In this document: positions 1 through 10,890 of the stretch, piece after piece
Numbering within the stretch: position 1 is the stretch's first letter
Layout of the letters: each line of letters starts with the position of its first letter
Virus record (IMG/VR): IMGVR_UViG_3300035208_003026
Location: 144,981 to 208,980 of that record
Source of the DNA: a virus
Taxonomy: Duplodnaviria; Caudoviricetes
Reading direction: 5' to 3' (one strand)
Length of the DNA: 64,000 nucleotides
Position numbers and translations under genes: made by a program
Notes under the pieces: generated by a model
Databases searched by the model: none
Seen by the model: only the letters and a program-made list of their open reading frames with translations
What the model was told of the DNA's origin: nothing

Positions 1-2
1 GG

Positions 3-113
3 ACTGTTTTGGTCGAGGCTAATGATGGGTTTGCTTTTGGACATTATGGGATGTCTCCAGTAGCTTATGCAACCTGTTTGGCTGCTAGATTAATGCAGCT
101 AGCTAGTGGTTAG
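3..113 (+). CDS. 3' end of ATP-grasp (R2K/DUF4343-like) protein, truncated by window start
   Basis: Manual translation TVLVEANDGFAFGHYGMSPVAYATCLAARLMQLASG*; the LVEaNDGxAxGxYG...YA..L.AR pattern resembles the C-terminus of phage DUF4343 ATP-grasp proteins. Confidence 0.55.
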   Translation, partial: TVLVEANDGFAFGHYGMSPVAYATCLAARLMQLASG

Positions 114-1065
114 GCAATATCGGTCTAAGTATTTCCCATTTTCTGCAGGTGTCCCATGGAAAACTGAACGTGGAAAGTACATTGTACCAGAGATTGATTC
201 AGCAATTTGGCATAAGGTAACCGGAGGCCGTGATATTATTATCACGGCCTTTGGTGGTTTGTTTGAATCTTTCTTTTCTCTATCTGTAGTAGAAGCTTTA
301 AACTCTTTCGATTCTTCGCATAAACTGTACTGGCTAGGTAATCCTAGTTACGAGTTCTTTGTGCGAGCGCAAGGGTTGAGTAAGGTCAGTAACATCAACC
401 TTACTTCAGAGACTTTAAAGAGTTATCCAGTTCCGTTGTTCTTCGATCAGGATAACAATGCGTACATGAATGTTCTCAATAACTACCTTACCAGGACATC
501 TTACTGGGGGAAATACCCGCAACAAGTTGATGCTCCAGTGGTAGAGCAGATATTCAGGAATGCAATGATTCCATGGCAAAATTATATTCCAGTAATGCGC
601 AAAGCTGGTTCAGAGTTCTATAACGAACTTGAAAAAGTAAATCATATTACATATCGATCAAAGATTGTAACTATTATACATAACATAAACAATGATGATA
701 CACTAAAATGGAACATACACAATATTAAAGAATTTGCTCAATTAGCTGGTATAAATGGTTTGAAAGTTGTACTGTTTACTCATAATCCATTGATTTTCCA
801 TGGGACAAAAATGATAGTACATCAATATGATATTAGAAAGATAATTCAAGTACTTCAAAAATCTTGGATGGTATTATCAACAGATGTACATTGGTTGTTG
901 ATATCATTGATGATATCAGATGCTAAAGTAATATCAAAATACATAGATGGACCATACGATTTGTTCAAAAATGCCGAGATTCTTCAGGTGCAGAATGATA
1001 TATTTACAGACAAAAATTGGGTATCACCGATTGATGTTATTACTATTTGTGAAGGATTTTTATGA
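106..1065 (+). CDS. Divergent GT-B (GT9-like) glycosyltransferase-related protein
   Basis: 319 aa; IIITAFGGLFESFF weakly resembles the GT9 N-terminal GGxGD loop; first gene of glycosylation cluster. Confidence 0.4.
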   Translation: MVRQYRSKYFPFSAGVPWKTERGKYIVPEIDSAIWHKVTGGRDIIITAFGGLFESFFSLSVVEALNSFDSSHKLYWLGNPSYEFFVRAQGLSKVSNINLTSETLKSYPVPLFFDQDNNAYMNVLNNYLTRTSYWGKYPQQVDAPVVEQIFRNAMIPWQNYIPVMRKAGSEFYNELEKVNHITYRSKIVTIIHNINNDDTLKWNIHNIKEFAQLAGINGLKVVLFTHNPLIFHGTKMIVHQYDIRKIIQVLQKSWMVLSTDVHWLLISLMISDAKVISKYIDGPYDLFKNAEILQVQNDIFTDKNWVSPIDVITICEGFL

Positions 1066-1823
1066 CCGATACTACTCTTATGATGATTACTTATAATCGT
1101 CTAGACTTTACTTCAAAAACTTTAATGGATTTGTTTGGTACAGACCCTGGTCGTAACTTCAACCTAGTTATTGTAGATAATGGATCTAGTGATGGAACGG
1201 TTGATGTCTTGGATACGATGGAAAAGGTAAAAGAGTTTAATGGTGAAGGTAGACTCAAAAAACTTGTTGTGGTTAAGCTTCCGCAGAATAAGGGTATCGC
1301 TGTTGGCCGGAATATAGCTTTGAAGAAAGCTGATGAGCTTGGTACCAAATGGTACTGTACAATTGATAATGATGTGAATATGCCAAATGGCTGGCTTCAA
1401 GAATGTGTTGAGATTCTTGAAGAAAATAAAGGATTCGGAATTGTTGGTGTAAATATGGAGGACACAATTTATCCAATGATTACAATGGGTTCGCATAAAT
1501 TCCAAGAAAAACCTCAAGGGAATTTGGGAACGGCTTGCATGGTATTCCGCAAGCAGGTGCATCAGATGATTGGTTTCTTTACTACAGAGTACGGGATGTA
1601 TGGGGAAGAGGATGCTGACTTTGGGATGAGGGCTAGAGTTGCTGGTTTTAAAATGGGGTATATTGAACGTATGGGAACTCATCTTGGGGCTGATGAGACT
1701 GAGGTTGGTGAGTATAGGGTTTTTAAAACAAAGCAACATGCAGACAATCTAGCATTATTTAAACAGAATTGTGCGCGATATTCTCAAAGAACAAAAGCAC
1801 TTTTCATCCCATATAAGGATTAA
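1062..1823 (+). CDS. Glycosyltransferase family 2
   Basis: ITYNR, IVDNGSSDGT, NKGIAVGRN, IDND (DxD), GEEDADF motifs. Confidence 0.9.
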   Translation: MTDTTLMMITYNRLDFTSKTLMDLFGTDPGRNFNLVIVDNGSSDGTVDVLDTMEKVKEFNGEGRLKKLVVVKLPQNKGIAVGRNIALKKADELGTKWYCTIDNDVNMPNGWLQECVEILEENKGFGIVGVNMEDTIYPMITMGSHKFQEKPQGNLGTACMVFRKQVHQMIGFFTTEYGMYGEEDADFGMRARVAGFKMGYIERMGTHLGADETEVGEYRVFKTKQHADNLALFKQNCARYSQRTKALFIPYKD

Positions 1824-3781
1824 TGATGGAGCAAGATCTAATCATTAAGATACCGGTATCTGGATTTAAGCCATACATCCAATCTATGCGTAACTGTAAC
1901 AATATTAATAATGGATTGGTTTTACTTCCAAAAACCGGAACTCTTACACTAGACTTTAGTAATACAGAAGCAATGTCCTGTACGATCAATTTTAAGCGAG
2001 ATGGTGGCAATGGGTTAATTTTCTCAAATATTGGAAGTTTAAGCAATGAATATCAGATTACATCGACAACATCTCAATCGGTTACATTTAATCTAGGAAC
2101 AAATAGAGTAATAAGACTTAATAGAACAGCAAGATCTCGTGGTAATGTAGTTGTTTTAGATGTATCTTTGTTTGGTGATAAGTTACAATCTAATTGGAAT
2201 TCTGAATTAAAGAAAAGTAAAGAACATGGCTGTCTTCGTTTAGTTGGCGATAAACTTTTCGCATCTGAAGGAGCTTTCATCAAGGGGATTGGGATAACAA
2301 TTAGAACAGATCCTCCAAATGTATGCACTACAGATGGTGAAGGAATCAAGTTTACATCATCTTGTCAGGTTCTAAGTCTTAACATACCAAATCAAATAAA
2401 GGAAGTTTCAAAATTAGCTAAAGCGAAAGCTGATAGCTTAATTGTGTTTGATACGAACAATTCTGGATTCAACAGAGCGTATTGTAACAACTTTGCGTCA
2501 TCGTCATCTGGTAATATAATCCTAGACCATAAAGGATCTTACACAGTTCCGGTACAATCAGTTATAGCTGGGAATAGATATGCAGTTCACATTTCCGTTT
2601 CAAGAATAGATGGAAATGGAAAAGTAATGTTTGGTTTAATGCCAGACAAAGACAGTAACGCATCTATGTTTGTCACAGTAGGTGGTGTATCAAGTAATGA
2701 TTTTGTTCTTTACACTACGCCATCAATAATTAATCATGGATATTCTGTATCAGTTTGGCGTCATCCTTCAGCTACGGGAAAGTTAAAGATTAAGAGAATC
2801 TTTATAGAACAAACTGATGCTGATAATGTTTCTGAAAGACCATTAAACAAACAAAATCACTTTACATTAATTAGGGAATCGGCTCCAGTAAATCCAGATG
2901 ATGTATACAAATCTATTGAATCAATAGGCTCTCCAGCATTTGAAATTACTGATGTAGTTAAAAAGTACGAAGCATTGTCAAAGCACTTTGCAATTTTCCC
3001 AATTCCAATAACTCAACTTGGAGCTTTAGATATTGCTGGAAAAGCAAATGTGTATGGCTTTAAAGCCAGACAATGGTTGTATAGAGCTCAAACCATACTT
3101 CCAAATATTGTCCACGATCCTAAGTCTGATATTCTTATATGTGATGCTGACTGTGTTATTGCATCGTCTCGCGTTTGGATAAGTGAATTTCGTGGAGATA
3201 AACGAGATTGTCTTGCCGCATTGAGCGAATCAAAAACGATCTATACTCCATCATTGGAAAACAAAATCATGTTAAACACATGGTTCCCAAATGCTGAAGT
3301 TATCCTGTGTGATTTACCACTTCCCAAAATATTGGATAAACAATCTGATGACACTTACTACTTTTATGTAGAAGATAATGCTGGATACACTCAACATTTG
3401 ATAGACATTTGGGATGAGCAACAAACACTTTGTATTGTTGGTACGAAGCTCAAGATACCAAATAGTATGAAGTACCTTTCAGATTACACTGATCATAGCG
3501 TTCTATCAGATTACCTATCTAGAAGTAAGGGATTGATTAGTTTAACAACTAATACTAATTTCAAATCATCATTCATAGAATTAGCACTTAGTATGGGTGT
3601 TCCAGTTACTACCAACAATACTAAATATCTTGGTAAAGCAAGTATTATCAGGCACACTAAATCAAGTATGGTTTCACCCACACTATTTAAGAATGGTTTG
3701 AATAGAATTATACAACCCGTACAAAATCCAAATCATAATGATAATGTAGTTGAATCTTTGAGAACATTAGGTGTTGTATGA
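1823..3781 (+). CDS. Multidomain protein: beta-rich N-terminal domains plus degenerate GT-B-like C-terminus
   Basis: 652 aa; beta-sandwich-like N-terminal composition; C-terminal IELALSMGVPVTTNN resembles the GT4 EAxxxGxPV motif. Confidence 0.45.
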   Translation: MMEQDLIIKIPVSGFKPYIQSMRNCNNINNGLVLLPKTGTLTLDFSNTEAMSCTINFKRDGGNGLIFSNIGSLSNEYQITSTTSQSVTFNLGTNRVIRLNRTARSRGNVVVLDVSLFGDKLQSNWNSELKKSKEHGCLRLVGDKLFASEGAFIKGIGITIRTDPPNVCTTDGEGIKFTSSCQVLSLNIPNQIKEVSKLAKAKADSLIVFDTNNSGFNRAYCNNFASSSSGNIILDHKGSYTVPVQSVIAGNRYAVHISVSRIDGNGKVMFGLMPDKDSNASMFVTVGGVSSNDFVLYTTPSIINHGYSVSVWRHPSATGKLKIKRIFIEQTDADNVSERPLNKQNHFTLIRESAPVNPDDVYKSIESIGSPAFEITDVVKKYEALSKHFAIFPIPITQLGALDIAGKANVYGFKARQWLYRAQTILPNIVHDPKSDILICDADCVIASSRVWISEFRGDKRDCLAALSESKTIYTPSLENKIMLNTWFPNAEVILCDLPLPKILDKQSDDTYYFYVEDNAGYTQHLIDIWDEQQTLCIVGTKLKIPNSMKYLSDYTDHSVLSDYLSRSKGLISLTTNTNFKSSFIELALSMGVPVTTNNTKYLGKASIIRHTKSSMVSPTLFKNGLNRIIQPVQNPNHNDNVVESLRTLGVV

Positions 3782-4356
3782 GTATAAATGTTTTCGTTGG
3801 ATACTATCAAGATAAGAATCAAACTCGTAATGATGAGCTTATGGAATGTATGCGTTGTAACATCAATAATCCATACATCAACTATGTTTTGATAGAGTCA
3901 GATGAACGCATGAAGTATAATGATTACTTCAGGATTATCAACGCTTATTCGGATCCTAATGATGTGAATGTTATCATGAATCTAGATATCTATCTAGATC
4001 CTGAAAGCTGTTCTTTACTAGAAAAAATCAAGCCCAAAGAGATGTTTGCCTTATGTCGATGGGAGAAACAACCGAATGGGGAATTGAAGTTCGCTGACAG
4101 ACCTGATAGTCAGGATGCGTGGGTTTTCAGAGGTTATATAGACATAAATGTTGACTTTCATCTTGGGTACGCTGGCTGCGATAACAGGTTAGCAAAAGTC
4201 TTTGCAGATGCTGGTTGGAAAGTAACTAATCCAAGTAGGACGATAAAGACAATACATATACATTCTTCTAATATCAGAAATTACAAACCAGGCAAACATA
4301 ACAAGATGATGGTAGAAGGTCCGTATTTAACTCTTACCCCAACAATATTGGAGTAA
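3778..4356 (+). CDS. Putative GT-A-like glycosyltransferase (viral family)
   Basis: IMNLDIYLD, ALCRWE, DSQDAWVF, GCDNRLA motifs; cluster context. Confidence 0.55.
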   Translation: MSINVFVGYYQDKNQTRNDELMECMRCNINNPYINYVLIESDERMKYNDYFRIINAYSDPNDVNVIMNLDIYLDPESCSLLEKIKPKEMFALCRWEKQPNGELKFADRPDSQDAWVFRGYIDINVDFHLGYAGCDNRLAKVFADAGWKVTNPSRTIKTIHIHSSNIRNYKPGKHNKMMVEGPYLTLTPTILE

Positions 4357-4357
4357 C

Positions 4358-5293
4358 ATGAAGGTTCTGTATTTACCAATTGGACAGCAAGAAGGTACGG
4401 AAAGAGCGTTTCGTCGTTTTGCTGATACTATAGTTTTTGATTTCACGCAATCGAGAGATCCTAACAGTGAATTTACCAGAATAGCTCTGGAGTTTAAACC
4501 AGATCTTGTTCATATGCAGCTGCAAATGACAAGTAGTATTAAACCAGAGACAATTCGTAATTTGAAAAACCAATTACCAAACACAATATTTACCAATTGG
4601 TCTGGTGATATTAGAAGAAAACCAGACCATAACTATATTGCAACGTCTACAGCTGTTGATTATTCCCTTATGTCCAATGTTGGACAAATGGAGCTTCATG
4701 AAGGTAGTGGATGTAAAAATGTGAGATACTGGCAAATTGGTTTTGATAAACAAGCTTATTATCCTAAAAACTATAATCTTTTCAAATATGATGTTTCATT
4801 TATTGGAAATTATTATGGAAATATGTTCCCAGATGGACATATAAGATCATCAATAGCTGAAAGATTAAAGAATACATATAGTGATCGTGCTGGTATTTTT
4901 GGAACTGGTTATAAGAAGATCAGGGTTCGTGCATGTGATATCAAAGATACTAATGAGATTTACAACAACTCGGCTTGTGTTGTCAGTGTAAGCAATTTCA
5001 ATGATGTTAGCCATTATTTCTCTGATAGAATGTTGATGTGTTTAGCATCTGGTCGTCCAACAATTGCATACAGGTTTCCTGGTTCAGAAAGCTACTTTAC
5101 CGATCGCGGGGATTTGTTAATTGCAAATGATGAGCAACAGGTTTTTGACCTTGTAAAGGAATGTCTTGAAAAACCAGAATGGGCATCCGAGATTGGCACT
5201 AATGGAAGCCGAAGAGTTTTGGCTGAGCATACATTCGAATCAAGAATTCTTGAACTATTTTCAATTGTAGGTTTACTTGACAGGGTTGGCTAA
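4358..5293 (+). CDS. CgeB-like GT-B glycosyltransferase
   Basis: YDVSFIGN, SDRMLMCLASG, IGTNGSRRVLAEHTFESR typical of Glyco_trans_1_2/CgeB. Confidence 0.8.
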   Translation: MKVLYLPIGQQEGTERAFRRFADTIVFDFTQSRDPNSEFTRIALEFKPDLVHMQLQMTSSIKPETIRNLKNQLPNTIFTNWSGDIRRKPDHNYIATSTAVDYSLMSNVGQMELHEGSGCKNVRYWQIGFDKQAYYPKNYNLFKYDVSFIGNYYGNMFPDGHIRSSIAERLKNTYSDRAGIFGTGYKKIRVRACDIKDTNEIYNNSACVVSVSNFNDVSHYFSDRMLMCLASGRPTIAYRFPGSESYFTDRGDLLIANDEQQVFDLVKECLEKPEWASEIGTNGSRRVLAEHTFESRILELFSIVGLLDRVG

Positions 5294-5294
5294 C

Positions 5295-6194
5295 ATGAAT
5301 GTGAAAAAGGTAATATTCTTCAATGCGTTCCATAAAGGAGATCTTCATTTATCCAGAACAATGGTAAAGAGATTTGTTGAGGCTTTTCCTGATATTGAAT
5401 TTGGATACATGCACCAGAATGATCCTTATCTGTTAAAAGATCTTGGGTTGAAATACTACGGATGGAGAAGGCTTTCATCAAAGGACCAAACAGGTGTCGT
5501 TCAAATTGACGACACATTGTATTTGAATACTTGGTTCTGCTCTTATGATAATGAGTTTATGAACAGGTACAACGGTATTACTTTTGATACGTTGTATTTT
5601 GTTTTCGAGAAGCATTTGTCTCTTTTCGGTCGAACTTGGGCGGATATCGAAAAGGATCCGAAAGAGCTTTACCCATCCATAGATTGGTCAAAATACAACT
5701 GTGCTGGTGTTGATAGGTATAGAGCCATTGAATTCCCAAAGTACAAAAAGAATGTAATAATTTGCAATGGTCCAGCTCTATCTGGTCAATCAAAACCATT
5801 TGATTGGAATATAATTATTGATTATTTATCACGTAAATTTCCTAATGTTCAGTTTATCTGTACAGATAATGGATACAAGAAAAAGACATCAAATGTAGCT
5901 TTTACAAGTGATATTATTGGAATTAAGGAATGTGATCTTAACGAAATTGCTTACTTATCAACTTTTTGTGAAGTAATTATAGGAAGAACGTCTGGGCCAA
6001 ATTCCTATACGATGATTAAGGAAAATTCTTTCGACAGTCGCAAAACATTACTTTCATTTTCTAGCATCAATGCGCCTATTTTCTATTTAGATGTAATGGC
6101 TGAGAAAATCAAGTACGATGCTGATGTTAGAAATTACGATATAGATGACATTCAGGAAATCGAAAGATTGATAACCGAAGCTATCGAAAAATAA
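5295..6194 (+). CDS. Putative glycosyltransferase-related protein
   Basis: FHKGDLHLSR, DLNEIAYLS, IIGRTSGP motifs (GT9-like); ATG at 5295 directly follows the upstream stop. Confidence 0.5.
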   Translation: MNVKKVIFFNAFHKGDLHLSRTMVKRFVEAFPDIEFGYMHQNDPYLLKDLGLKYYGWRRLSSKDQTGVVQIDDTLYLNTWFCSYDNEFMNRYNGITFDTLYFVFEKHLSLFGRTWADIEKDPKELYPSIDWSKYNCAGVDRYRAIEFPKYKKNVIICNGPALSGQSKPFDWNIIIDYLSRKFPNVQFICTDNGYKKKTSNVAFTSDIIGIKECDLNEIAYLSTFCEVIIGRTSGPNSYTMIKENSFDSRKTLLSFSSINAPIFYLDVMAEKIKYDADVRNYDIDDIQEIERLITEAIEK

Positions 6195-6203
6195 GGGAGT
6201 AAG

Positions 6204-8366
6204 ATGAAGAAGGCATGTATCACCGGCATCACTGGTCAAACTGGCTCATATTTAGCAGAGATTCTGATTGAAAAGGGTTACGAAGTTCACGGTTTAATTC
6301 GTCGAAGTTCTTCGTTTAGTACGGGTAGAATCGAGCATATCTACAATGACATCAAGCTTGCTTATGGTGATCTTTCAGATTACGGAAGTATTTCTAATTG
6401 GGTTCGAGAAGTACAGCCGGATGAGTTTTACAACCTTGGAGCTATGAGTCATGTTCGTGTATCTTTTGATATTCCTGAGTACACGATGGATATTGGAGCA
6501 ACTGGAGTAATTCGTTGCTTGGAAGCATTATCCAATTTTTCTCCGCATACACACTTTGTACAAGCTAGTACATCAGAGATGTTTGGATCGGTACCACCTC
6601 CTCAAAATGAGAAGACGGTCCTTCATCCACGCTCACCTTATGGTGCGGCAAAGATTGCAGGATTCTGGAGTACTGTAAATTACAGAGAAGCTGGGAAGCT
6701 TTTTGCTGCAAACTCCATGTCTTTTAATCATGAAACAGTAGCTGATTTTATGCCTGTTATTTTCAAGCAAAATGGAATAATGGATATTAAACCAATATCA
6801 GAAGTAGTTTGTGACCATTGTAATATTGGTTTTGATTTATCTCGTGACGAATATCAAGAGGGAGAGGTAAAGAATGATGTTGATATTTGGGATGCTAATG
6901 GATGGACGAGAGTAAAATTTGCTTCTGGATATTCTCATAAACATGCCGGAATGAATAAGAATCCCAGATTTGTAAATGCTAGAAACTCAGCATATATGGC
7001 AACTGATACTCATGTTGTTATTATGTGTGATGGTAGTGAAAAAGAGATTAAGGATATTTCAATTGGTGATAAAATTGGAAACGTTTCTACTTTTCCAAAT
7101 TCTAATATAAAAAATGTTAAAAATATAGAGGAAGCTAGGTTGATTGGTTTTATCGTTGGTGATGGGTGTGTAACTTCAAATCATTTAAAATTAACAGCAA
7201 AAACCAAAGAAAAGATGGCTGTCTATACAGATATCTGGGAGAAGATGGGTGGAAATGTTCGTTATCAGCAGACAAAATCTGGATTTTCTGATGGTGATAT
7301 TTGGCAAGCAAATTTGACAGGAAAGCCAGAGTGGGTCCGTTCTCTTGATGTGTATGATTCTTTTGGTAATAAGAGAATTCCTGTTGAAATTCTCAATAGT
7401 ACAAATGATATAAAACATGCATTTCTTCTAGGATACAATGATGCTGATGGATTGAAAAATAACCCATGTAATTATGTGTTTAAAAACTTCAAAACAAATT
7501 CAGCAACATTAGCTATGGGTTTGTTGTACTTGGTTTCACAAACAACATCTCAACAATACAATATTACAGTAGAAGAATCTGAAAAATGGGAATACAAAAC
7601 TTTGTATTACTCAATAAATCTACTTAGCGATAATCCAAGATGTAATGCTCGTGAGTCTGTTAAAAAGTATGTTGTAGTAAAACCAATGCTAGATAATGGA
7701 AAATCTATATTATCAATTCATAAAGAAACGGGCATTTCATACCAATTTATTCACAAAGTGAAACATGGTTATGTTCCTACTAGCAAATCTCATCTCGAAA
7801 AACCACAAAATGAAGTTAAAAAAATCATTGAAATGAATGATTTTGACGGATGGTTTTTTGACCTTGAAACAGAAAGTGGAACATTTCATTGTGGAATTGG
7901 ATGCGGTCATGTTCACAATAGTCCGCGAAGAGGTGAGACTTTTGTGACGCGTAAAATCACAAGGGCAGCAACCAGAATCAAGCTAGGTCTACAAGACAAA
8001 CTCGTTCTTGGAAATCTAGACGCGCAACGAGATTGGAACCATGCAAAGGACGTTGCTAGAGCAATTCACTTGATGGCAACAGCACCAAAAGCGGATGATT
8101 GGGTTGTAGCCTCCGGGGAAATGTACTCTGTAAAAGACTTCTTGGTAAAGGTATTTGACAAGCTTGGATTACATTGGGAAGAGTTTGTTGAGTTTGATTC
8201 TAAGTATCTAAGACCAACAGAGGTTGATGCTTTATGTGGTGATCCTTCAAAGATAAAGTCTGAACTTGGATGGAAACCAGAATATACTTTTGATCAGTTA
8301 GTAGATGAAATGGTCGAGCATGATCTAAAACTTGCTACTCAGGAAAGTAAGTTAAAGAGTTTGTGA
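6204..8366 (+). CDS. gmd: GDP-mannose 4,6-dehydratase with intein
   Basis: [30 protein letters not shown]|[28 protein letters not shown]; 325 aa after intein removal. Confidence 0.95.
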   Translation: MKKACITGITGQTGSYLAEILIEKGYEVHGLIRRSSSFSTGRIEHIYNDIKLAYGDLSDYGSISNWVREVQPDEFYNLGAMSHVRVSFDIPEYTMDIGATGVIRCLEALSNFSPHTHFVQASTSEMFGSVPPPQNEKTVLHPRSPYGAAKIAGFWSTVNYREAGKLFAANSMSFNHETVADFMPVIFKQNGIMDIKPISEVVCDHCNIGFDLSRDEYQEGEVKNDVDIWDANGWTRVKFASGYSHKHAGMNKNPRFVNARNSAYMATDTHVVIMCDGSEKEIKDISIGDKIGNVSTFPNSNIKNVKNIEEARLIGFIVGDGCVTSNHLKLTAKTKEKMAVYTDIWEKMGGNVRYQQTKSGFSDGDIWQANLTGKPEWVRSLDVYDSFGNKRIPVEILNSTNDIKHAFLLGYNDADGLKNNPCNYVFKNFKTNSATLAMGLLYLVSQTTSQQYNITVEESEKWEYKTLYYSINLLSDNPRCNARESVKKYVVVKPMLDNGKSILSIHKETGISYQFIHKVKHGYVPTSKSHLEKPQNEVKKIIEMNDFDGWFFDLETESGTFHCGIGCGHVHNSPRRGETFVTRKITRAATRIKLGLQDKLVLGNLDAQRDWNHAKDVARAIHLMATAPKADDWVVASGEMYSVKDFLVKVFDKLGLHWEEFVEFDSKYLRPTEVDALCGDPSKIKSELGWKPEYTFDQLVDEMVEHDLKLATQESKLKSL
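6735..7919 (+). mobile_element. Intein (395 aa) with LAGLIDADG endonuclease in gmd; starts with Thr
   Basis: Interrupts conserved FNHE|SPRRG; block B TDTH; IGFIVGDG and [10 protein letters not shown]; ends [21 protein letters not shown]|S. Confidence 0.92.
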
Positions 8367-8372
8367 GGAATA

Positions 8373-10883
8373 ATGAAGAAGATTCTTGTAACTGGTGCGT
8401 CATCATTTTTAGGGCATCATGTCATGCCTTTACTGGAGAATTATAACACTTCCTTTGAGCCAGAATGGTTAACTGGTGATCGTGGAACACGTTTAATCCC
8501 ACGATTTGAGATTTTTGCTCCTAGTTCTAAAGAACTAAATCTACTGAACCGTGATTCAGTTATCGCGTACATCAAGAAACACAAACCAGATACTATTCTT
8601 CATATGGCAGCTTTATGCGGAGGTATTGGAGCAAATAAGAAGCGTCCAGGAGATTTCATTCTTCACAATACAAAGATGGCTACGAATCTGTTTGATGCCA
8701 TCTCTGAGGTGAATTTCTGGGACAATCCATCTATGACCCGTCAGGTTGTTACTCATTTTTATGGCCTCGGATCTGTTTGTGGGTATCCAAAAAACTGTCC
8801 AGTACCATTCAAGGAAGAAGATTTATGGAATGGGTTTCCAGAGGAAACCAATGCTCCATATGGAACTGCTAAGCGTCATATGATTGTCATGCAAGATGCC
8901 TACAGACTTCAACATGGCCTTCGAGGTGCTCATCTAATCCCAGTGAATTTGTATGGTGAATATGATCACTTTAACCTGGATAACTCTCATGTTATGCCTG
9001 CTTTGATTAATAAGTTCATAGCAGCAAAACAAAATGAAGATGAATCTGTGGAAGTTTGGGGAGATGGAACTCCAACTCGTGAATTTCTATATGCTGGGGA
9101 TTGTGCGGAGGCTATTGTAAGAGCTGTAGTTACGGGATTTGATTATCCAATACCGGTTAATATTGGTACAGGACATGATATATCTATTAAAGACTTGGCA
9201 GATCTAATCAAAGAAGTTGTTGGCTTCGATGGTGAGATTAGGTTCACTGGAGAAGTTTCCGTGAATGGCCAACCAAAGCGCCGTTTGGATGTATCTCGCG
9301 CCCGAGATGTGTTGGGTTTTACAGCGAAGACTGACCTAAGAACAGGTTTAGAGAAGACGGTAGCTTGGTACCAAAAGTCTAAATCTAAACCCGTGGGACA
9401 AATGGAAAACAAAACAGAGTACGAAGCACTTTCAAAACTAAATAGAATAATCAATCTATTAGAAAAGAATACTGAAGAAGTGTTTGATCAGATTAGTAGA
9501 AACCCCAAAGATACTAGAATGGAAGCAATTATCAACAAGTATCTTGGTTTATTGACATTATCATTAGAGCGCGCACAAGCTCTTAGAAATTCTAAGACAG
9601 CCGAAGTTGGTGGAGTCTATGGTGGTGGGGCAATCTTTGTCAAGGCAAAGCCTGCTGGTGAAATCGAACCTGTAGCTGTTGATTTGCAGAGTTTGGTTGC
9701 AATGATAAGGAATGCAATCGGAGAGCCTGAGCTTTTGAAGCGTATTGCGGCTCACATCGATTCAATCAAGCCTAATTTCAACACAATCACTCAAGAGAAT
9801 AAAGAGTTTTTGCTTGGGTTAATTGCTAGAGCGCAACAAGCTCATAAACCCAATACTCAAAAGCCTGGAATTGATCTACATACACAGATTCCTTTGAGTT
9901 TTATCAAACCTGAGACTTTAAAGAGAGATAGTGATGCGTATCGAACTTATACAGAAAAGTTTAAGTTCAACGAGTATAAGGGATCTATCAATCCAGTTGA
10001 GTTTTTGGTTAGAGCTGGCCTTGACCGAGGTGTTGCAGAGAATCGTGTCAAAAACGGTTTGGGTAACCAGAAAAATCGCGCAGAAGTTCTAAAGGCTATT
10101 GGTATAAATGACAATCCAATTGCTTCCAAGATTACATCAACAAATCCCGTTCAGCAGCAAGAGCTGAGAAAGTTGGCAGCACAGATCAATGCCATTAAGG
10201 ATGATTCTGAAAAGCCAAAATACAATAGGGTTATCCGTAAAGATCCTTACGGTGAAGTAATTGAATTCGAGAAAAAACCAGATGTTCAGGAATCTTTAAA
10301 AGTCATCTCCGAAAGTACTGAGAAAGCTCAAAACATTTTCAATAAAAAAACTCAAAATCTTCCAAATAATCTTTTCGGTGATGATATCAAGAAGTTCAAC
10401 GGATCTTTAGGTATTACATCTGCTGAAGATAAGCTGGAACGAGATCTGTCATTCTATGAGCATGCAGAGGTCTACAAGAGAGAGAAGGCAAAGAATGCTA
10501 TCTTTGGAGTTGGTCATGGATCTTTCCGTCGTGGAGGAATGCCAGAGGATGAAGATCATCGTAATGTGAAATACTTAAGCGAACACGAATCCGATTTCAT
10601 GAAAGCTGCTGAAAAATTCGCAAAAGAACACGGAATTCCAGTTTCGGATTTGGTTCGATACAAACGTGGTAAGAGATTGCCCGATGGTAATTTATTGAAT
10701 AATATTGGAGTCACTGACACTGAAATAATGATGTCAACCATCAAGCTGCCTCGTTCAAACAGAACTAAAGTCGAGAAAACAAACGTTAATCGATCCTGTA
10801 AGGTCGAGAGTAAGAAGAAGTATACGTTAATTGGTTCTGTAAAGAAGTTTGTATCTTCAGTTATCGAATCGATTAAATGGTAA
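8373..10883 (+). CDS. fcl: GDP-L-fucose synthase (aa 1-~338) fused to a ~490-aa unknown C-terminal region
   Basis: AALCGGIGAN, PEETNAPYGTAK, NLYGEYDHF, SHVMPALI, WGDGTPTREFLY, GQPKRRLD; no stop before the extension. Confidence 0.85.
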   Translation: MKKILVTGASSFLGHHVMPLLENYNTSFEPEWLTGDRGTRLIPRFEIFAPSSKELNLLNRDSVIAYIKKHKPDTILHMAALCGGIGANKKRPGDFILHNTKMATNLFDAISEVNFWDNPSMTRQVVTHFYGLGSVCGYPKNCPVPFKEEDLWNGFPEETNAPYGTAKRHMIVMQDAYRLQHGLRGAHLIPVNLYGEYDHFNLDNSHVMPALINKFIAAKQNEDESVEVWGDGTPTREFLYAGDCAEAIVRAVVTGFDYPIPVNIGTGHDISIKDLADLIKEVVGFDGEIRFTGEVSVNGQPKRRLDVSRARDVLGFTAKTDLRTGLEKTVAWYQKSKSKPVGQMENKTEYEALSKLNRIINLLEKNTEEVFDQISRNPKDTRMEAIINKYLGLLTLSLERAQALRNSKTAEVGGVYGGGAIFVKAKPAGEIEPVAVDLQSLVAMIRNAIGEPELLKRIAAHIDSIKPNFNTITQENKEFLLGLIARAQQAHKPNTQKPGIDLHTQIPLSFIKPETLKRDSDAYRTYTEKFKFNEYKGSINPVEFLVRAGLDRGVAENRVKNGLGNQKNRAEVLKAIGINDNPIASKITSTNPVQQQELRKLAAQINAIKDDSEKPKYNRVIRKDPYGEVIEFEKKPDVQESLKVISESTEKAQNIFNKKTQNLPNNLFGDDIKKFNGSLGITSAEDKLERDLSFYEHAEVYKREKAKNAIFGVGHGSFRRGGMPEDEDHRNVKYLSEHESDFMKAAEKFAKEHGIPVSDLVRYKRGKRLPDGNLLNNIGVTDTEIMMSTIKLPRSNRTKVEKTNVNRSCKVESKKKYTLIGSVKKFVSSVIESIKW

Positions 10884-10890
10884 AGGGTAA

